NCBI GenBank assembly: GCA_964016885.1
Contig: OZ024747.1
Span: 36,642,001 to 36,706,000 of the forward strand
Length of the DNA: 64,000 bases
DNA from: Eledone cirrhosa
Lineage: Eukaryota
Direction of reading: 5' to 3'
A program made the position numbers and the translations under genes. Below are positions 56,999 through 64,000 of this stretch, piece by piece (within the stretch, counting starts at the first letter, position 1; each line of letters starts with the position of its first letter). The notes beneath the pieces were generated by a model. That model searched no databases and was not told the DNA's origin. It worked only from the letters and a program-made list of their open reading frames with translations.

Positions 56999-58199
56999 GA
57001 TATTAAATAATAATAAATCTGAAATGAAAGTCAAATAGTGTGTGATTTTATTGGCGAAAAGGGCAACACAGATACTTATTCAAAAGTATATATGAATATT
57101 TGCCCTATTTATTTATGTGGATGTATGCGTATGCAAATGTATGAGAGCGCTGGCAGATCTACTCAGATATATATATAATGATTAAGGCCAGTTACTATCC
57201 TGGTGCCATACAAGCTACGTACGTACGTTTCGGTAGCCCTGAGGACCAAATTGTTAGTCCCGTGTCGATGAAAATTACTTAACTTTTAGAAAATGTGAGT
57301 GTTTAATTTTGTGAAGGAGTATTAAGTAAAAAAAGAGAAGCAGAATGTTGTCTCAGTCTGCTGCATAGATCTTTCGGAATAAAACAATCTTTAGTTTCTA
57401 TATATTTTAATGATCGTTTCATAACTTGGTCTAATCTGCGTGACATCTGACTCGTGTGCATCACATAACTGTCTTGTCTAGAGGTAAATCTGTTACTTAC
57501 GATTAAGGGTACGTGACTGTTTCGTGTTTGCCGATTCAATGTACTGAATTATCAGATATTGTTTCTGAATTTAGGTGCAACTTTAACAAACTGTGTTAGA
57601 CTTTATATCATGAAAATAAATAAAATCTATCACAGTGATACTTGCCAAAATTGTAACACATCCAATGTATAATTAGATATGAACAGTTCAAAAGTGTAAT
57701 AAATTGGTAATAAATTGGTAATATATATATATATATAAATTGCCTAAAGCTCCTATTTACCCTCCATTTGTTGTCTAAGTTTCTTAATGTATAGTGTCAA
57801 CAAGTGAAAACACCAAGAATACATTTTTTTTGGACACTCTGACCTACAACTGTATTGATCATATATTTGTTATAAAAGCGACATTACTTTAGTGCTACTT
57901 ACTTTCATTTTCTCGTTTTGTTTGTTATACAAATGTGGTACAATCATTTTTATTTTCTTCCTATTATTTATAGATTGTACTTGTGTTTACGTCCCTATTC
58001 TTTTCTACATATCCACTAACTTGAAAATATATAATTTTGATAAATAGATACGTAGAAATGATCTTCGCGTAACACGCAATGTACATATTACATTCGTTAT
58101 TTGTGTATTTCACTGATAAATTCCCATTACATTAAATTGACACGTTTGTTTTTCTTTAAGAATATTTAGAATAATTTTTTTGTTGACAGCTTTGATTTC

Positions 58200-60911
58200 T
58201 AATTCTACATTTAATTCTCAGAACGTCAAATTTCCGACAAATACTGATCCTGTAAAGATGCCTTTTTCCCTCCTAATCGTCTATGCCTACAGTTCTTCTA
58301 TTTCAATTACTCGCAGACATAATGTTTATCAATTTGACCGTGTTTTATTCCTAAACCCGAAATCGGCGCACCTGATGCCTATAATTTTTTTCCTACGTGG
58401 TTTCTTACTCTTTTATTGTTTCTTCCGTTCTAGTAGCTCTTCTGTTTTTTTTATGTCTCATGCTAAATGTATCCTATCCGATTAGAAATGCGCTACTGAA
58501 TTCCAATTTTCTCCTAAGTTATCTTCTGTCAACTTGATATGTAATTTAATAACTATAGGCTTGCACAAATATTTACAATATATCGGCATATGCAAAATTA
58601 AATTAAATACATTCTCTGTTATCGTGTTACGTATCTCCATCAGAATATTGAAGATGCTAAGTTAAACATAATTATTATTATGTAGCCTTTATCAAAATAA
58701 TACTAGTCGAGTATTTGCAATCATGCGATGTTGTTTCAATTATACACATGTAATATAGAGGATCATCTCATATCCCAAACTAATTATGGGAGGCGCTATA
58801 TTGTTTCTCTATTCATTAAGCCTGTGAGCTTTGTTTACTGTGACACACTAGGCCAAGTGAATATCTACGAATATTTCGTATTCGAGGACAGCGGGTAACG
58901 AGGAATACGTTATGTAAATGATATACATAATCGTCTTTTATTTGACGAACATTCACATCAAACTATCCACAGATATCTCTCAGTGAGTTTATTATATTTT
59001 GCTCAATCGCAATGAGGATGAATCTAGGCAAAAACAAACATTTCCATTGTATTTAACAATTACATGTAAATGAAGACCTTATTGTTCAGAAACTTTAGTT
59101 AACTGATCGTATTAGAGTCACATCCTTTCCCTTCCTCGGGTTAAACTTATAGTGAATTACCTGATGGAGAGACAGTTGTTTACTCTGAGGATAGTGGCTA
59201 CAAATACCTGGGCCTTTTGGAGGTGAACAAAGTTCTAAATTAAAAAATGAAAGGAAATGTAAAGGACGCCTATCTAAATAAGTTAGAGCTATTACTGAAA
59301 ACTAAAATGAAGGGGAAGTAAATGATTACTGTTAACAATATCTATGTAATGTCTTTTATTAGATATAAAGTGGTTATTTTGAATTGAAACATTGGATAGG
59401 CTAACGCGAATGAAAATGTTTGGCAATGGTGCATTACCCTCAAAGCCAAATGTTATAAGGCGATATACACCACGGAACCTATGAGAATGAAAGTTTATCT
59501 GGCTAGTGAATGCATGTCTTTAGAGTTGTGTTTGGCCATTTAGTAGAGGAAAACGTTTAAAATATGTTGACAAATGTAGAGGATTATACATTGAAACTAG
59601 TTAAAGTAATGTAAATTAAAAACAGATGCTTCTAAGAAAATGTGCACCAGAGAGAGTACAAAATTGCATGGTTCATTTCAAAGTAAAACGGAGGAAGTAA
59701 AAGCAGAGTTTTCTTGATATTGTTTGACAATAGGTAAATTTAAAAGTGAACCAGACAGTTTATTGATAGCTGATCACAATGAAACACTAAACACAAACAC
59801 AATTAAGAATCTGTAACAGTTGAAACAGATAAGTGTAGGTTATATTTGAAAAAATTGGAACTTGTGATTATCAATTATACATACACATCGATATTATGCA
59901 TGTTAAGTGTATTAAATTCAATATGTATTAAATACGTCCTTGTAGATTGAGCATTGTCTTCCTTGAACGTTTCCCTACGGGTATTCTCGCACAAGAGAGT
60001 GAATCAGCAGCTTAATTATACTCTTCCATGTGTATTGAGTATTTCTACCATTTGATTTTATGTCAATGTTCATTTATACATAGTCATGTATTATGTTGTA
60101 AAATATTACGATATTAATCATCTCTCTAAATAATTAACAACTCTAGTGTGAAAATCAGTTTCATTCAGTTTGACTTAATTTTGCTGCGTTGTATATTTTT
60201 TTAGTTGTTCTCATAATTTGTACGACTTTTATTGTATTTGCAATTTCATTGAAATATCATACATTTGACATATTTATATCGTGCACACGACACTGATAGA
60301 TTTACTTAACATTTTTAACAGTTCATTTAACTATATTTATGCGTGACGATTTTCAATTAATATTTAATAATAATTAAATGAATTTTCAATCGAGAGAAGT
60401 ACATTGTTTTATATACTTTATGATGTTGGAGAAGGAAATAAGTTTTAAACATAAGTGTTGTTAGTACAAATCCGGTACACGCATTATAAATATAGCATAT
60501 TAAAAGATTGTATTGTTATTTTGTTCATAAGTATACATAGAATATTTATACAGAAAATTGGATAATGATTTTTTATCATATTTTCAGGAAGCGTTAATTT
60601 AAAATAATTTAGAAGATATGTTGCATTAGTTTTAATTAATAGCTAAAAATTGCATTCCTTTGAAACATTACTAAAGAAGCGAACACAAATAGAGACAAGA
60701 TCCAATGATTTCAATAGAGTTATTCAAGTAGGAGGTGGGCAGTGAGGTAACATCGTGTGATTCGTTAATTTCCCAATGGTATTTGTAGCATAATGAAAAA
60801 TAATTGTCTTCCATACAGATTGCAGCTAAATATTTCTGATATTTGGTGGATGTCAATATCTAACATGTATATCTCCCTCTAAAGAAAATCTTCCTAAGGT
60901 TATGCACGCCC
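58200..60911 (-). pseudogene. Death-fold domain gene remnants
   Basis: With frameshifts: KLT-RYL-..DVNVRQIKDDYVYHL (about 58920-59000); DNLGENWNSVAHF and LGIKHGQID..RRLGGKKASLQD (58240-58530); possible DED-like exon at 60680-60911. Confidence 0.35.
59140..59870 (+). mobile_element. Decayed Dong/R4-clade LINE fragment
   Basis: ELPDGE..GYKYLGLLE..MKGNVKDAY..LLLKTKM..FIRY..; LHGSFQ; GKFKSE..LLIA. Confidence 0.65.
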
Positions 60912-61059
60912 TGAAAAAATATTCACAGAGTATGTATGAATCCTAAATATTATAGTACCGTGATTTGAACTCAGATAACTCCAACTACCAACGAGCTTTT
61001 CAACCAGGCCACCGAATCCATTTTATTTATATATATTTATATATATGTTTATATATGTA

Positions 61060-61445
61060 GAAGGTGAGTAATATTGTAGAACAATAAAACTGTGCATATA
61101 TCAGATAAGTAGCACTCAACAGTTGGTAGAACTGGAGTATATATAAAAAAGAAGAAATTAAAAGATGGTTAAATGAGTTCCATATATTTTATTATGCGTA
61201 TTTCGAATACAAAATCATCCTGGGAAAAAAATTGTGTTCTCATCAGATAAAATAAGGTAACATGATATGAGGCTTAATAGCACTTGTTTACAGGACTTCG
61301 CGCTTTCCTGTAAACAAGTGCTATTATGCCTCATATCATGTTACCTTATTTTATCTGACAAGAACACAATTTTTGTCCCATGATGATTTTGTATTTGAAA
61401 TATATGGAACTCTTTTAACCATCTTTTAATTTCGTCATTATTATA
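61060..61445. mobile_element. Foldback pLTR-like element; HHR at 61187-61252 (-)
   Basis: Arms about 61150-61294 and 61306-61440; ttttat-CTGATGA-gaacacaa..ttgtattc-GAAA-tacgca-TA-ataaaa. Confidence 0.8.
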
Positions 61446-61455
61446 TATATATATA

Positions 61456-62960
61456 GAAGTGGTTACACAACAGTTAGTTAACCATACTGAGAACAATTGT
61501 TTCACCTTAGCGGATCCTCAGCACGTAATGGACATGGTTATACGGAACAGGAAGTACAACCGTATGAACGCGCATGCGCAGAAACGATTACTTCACACAG
61601 GCAATACTAAATTGCGTGCGAGATGTGTAAGGGAGATAACTGCGAAAGTCCGAAAGTTTCTAGTTGATAAGAAAATTAGGATGGTGTTGTAATTCAACCC
61701 GGAGCTTTGTAGTTATGTAAGAGGTGTTTCCAGACGTGTGGACAACGTGTGAAGAAATCATTTCCCGTGTTTAGGCAATCTCTATTGCTTAATCTCTTTA
61801 GAATATTTATTCGTTCATCAATACATAGTACACACGATGGATTGCCTCTTGCGTATTGCTTGGACTTAGTGATGGCTTTCCATTGAATGGAGTAGTCTAT
61901 ACTTGAGTCCTTGAGGGACCATACGGGGCTCACGAGTTTCGTGGATTAACGTCTGTCCGTGTACCTGAAGGTCGACTGTTGGTTCAGGAAGCGTTCTTTA
62001 AATCGGGCCTCCGCCATACCCACATAGGATTTGACCTCCTGTGATTGATTTGGTCAGTTGGAAGTGACCACAGCTTCATAAATTACATCGGGTGTTTTGC
62101 ATTGCTGTTGAAGGAGACAAGCTTCGGGCTACGGCTAGAGGAGCCTGGTGGGGTGTTGCTCTTAGGGCTGTGGGTGATGTGGGCCTTCATGTTCTTAGCG
62201 CAGGAGTATCCTAGTTTTACTTTGTGTCGGTTAAAGATGGAGCGATATTTATGACCTATGGGAAAGTGTCTATCTAAGAGAGCTAGAAATGTTTTGCCTA
62301 CATTGGTTTTAACGTTGAGTGAGAAGGGAGGAGATAACCAGACAGTTTGTCTATTGTTACGCTTTCTTTTCTTATTGCTGGTGTTGTTAGTGGGAGAGTA
62401 AGTGATAGGGTGCGAGACGCCGCTGTTAGCTAACGCCGTGTTATAGTAGGGTGCTACTCTGTCAAAGATAGCCTTATTAGAGGAGAGGTTTGATATTCTA
62501 ATACTGATATTATATACGAAGTTTCTAAAAACAGTGGGAGGGTGGCATGATTCGTGTGAATGTAATTGAGTTTTTCGTTTAGCTTATGGAAGGAAATCAA
62601 CAATGTCAAACTGTGTGAACTTCGCTTTTTTGGATTTGAAGGAGTTAAACCACTTAATGATGGAGTCGTTCTTCTCCCACTGGGGAAGGTTGGACTTGGT
62701 CCTAATGGTCTTCACTATGTTTCTAAGTATGGCCTTACTGACTAGTCCCATATCTGTGCGTGCCGGGTTTAGAGGTCTACATGTGGGGTTAAAAGCAAAG
62801 TCTTCCTTGTGATCTTTCAGGGTGAGGAACACCTCCCGATTAACTAGAGATTGAAGCTTCTTATCTACCTAAGGGCGGCGGAAAGTTCTTTGGCTTCTGT
62901 ATTAATATCGCGGTAACCCATAGGGTTACCTTTCTTATATTTGGAAGTAATAGCAGCGCG
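61456..62960 (-). mobile_element. Decayed Naiad-like PLE with internal deletion; HHR at 61482-61531
   Basis: FLTLKDHKEDFAFNPTCR..QFDIVDF; SYVGMAEARFKER; CVLCIDE..CLN..CPH; CTGAGGA-tcc.gctaa.ggt-GAAA-caattg-TT. Confidence 0.88.
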
Positions 62961-63599
62961 CGTGTATATACGTGTGTATATATACACACGCAAAGCTGCC
63001 TTACCAATTGAACTCGAATACCCTAATACGTCCATTCAAAAGAAAAATAGAGCCGATCATCTCACAAATGACAAAATACAATATATTTTTGTCAGATCAC
63101 CGCTCTGAAGAGCAGATCGATAACGGAGTAGGGACCATACCTCATATGGATGACTCTGAGTTAATCCTCTGCGAAACGCACATAAAAGGCCGATACACAA
63201 TACAAATCTAATACATGTAAACGAAAAGGCATATCGTTTTGTTCCAGAGGTTGTGAATATTTCTTATTATGGATAGCTTTAGCGAATGCCGTTGCTTGAC
63301 TCAACAAGAGGTTTACGTAGATGACGACTTTATGATTTAACTTGTATTCCTATGTATGTTTATCTTGGAGTAATAAAATTGAAAAAGTGTAGAACAACAT
63401 GTCAACAGTACAAAAAAGAGGATTTATTTGTAGTCTAACAATTGTTTCACTGATAAAGTTGTCTAAAAATTGCTGAACACTAAAAGTAGTGCCACTCAAT
63501 TTTAAATACGATGTTACCTCTATCAGATCTTCGGAAACTGGCAAAAAAATATATATGTAACTGGCAAATTTACAAATGCAAATTACATAATCAACAATA

Positions 63600-63990
63600 A
63601 TATTGATATTAAAGATATAGAGAGAAAATGAGGAAGAAAAGGAGATAGATACAGTAAAGAAAGAAAGGAAAGGAATGAGAAAGAAGAAGAAGGAAAAAGA
63701 AAAAAGAAAAAGAGAAAGCAGAAGAAAAAGGAGAAATTATTATAGATAGAAATATAAAGATAAGATATATAGATGATGGTAGATAGAAGAGAGACAAACA
63801 TAAGTAGAAATAACGTAGGATAGAAAGAAGAATAGAGGGACAAATAAATGAATAAACGTTAATACATGAATAAATGTAAATAAAAATAAATATAGATATA
63901 TCAAAAATATATGAAAAAATATATTAAAACATATATATAAAAGAAAATTGATAAATAAATAAATAAATAAATAATATATCTAATGTGATA
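63600..63990. repeat. Purine-rich / A-rich low-complexity tract
   Basis: Direct reading. Confidence 0.7.
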
Positions 63991-64000
63991 TAAAATGGTA

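Noticed and set aside
63100-63190. HHR-like CTGAAGA-gcaga..tctgc-GAAA (also 51802-51860)
   Set aside because: Stem II is present but stem I/III or the core is damaged; probably dead relics, so not listed as features.

Overview
AT-rich eukaryotic non-genic DNA, saturated with (TA)n microsatellites. The SINE types suggest a cephalopod, probably octopus (inference). I found no intact host gene. The window contains: (i) several Penelope-like retroelements (PLEs) of at least three types: Naiad-like at 0.9, 34.0, 40.3, 53-55 and 61.7-63 kb, Neptune-like at 8.4-11.6 and 31.6-33.8 kb, and another GIY-YIG fragment at 49.1 kb; (ii) a full-length but decayed Tx1/L1-clade LINE with a 12-bp TSD; (iii) Dong/R4 and RTE remnants, tRNA-head SINEs and a tRNA-Ser pseudogene; (iv) three decayed minus-strand host pseudogenes (multi-PAN/apple, probable GT11 fucosyltransferase, death-domain). 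The most striking signal is about 20 type-I hammerhead ribozyme (HHR) motifs in over a dozen unrelated non-coding foldback or tandem elements, nearly all inserted in (TA)n. Several are 300-530-nt tandem or circularly permuted monomers with one HHR each (retrozyme-like). They show stem covariation, recurrent non-canonical cores (U3-A8, U4C) and shared fixed endpoints. All structures were read by eye, so boundaries are approximate.
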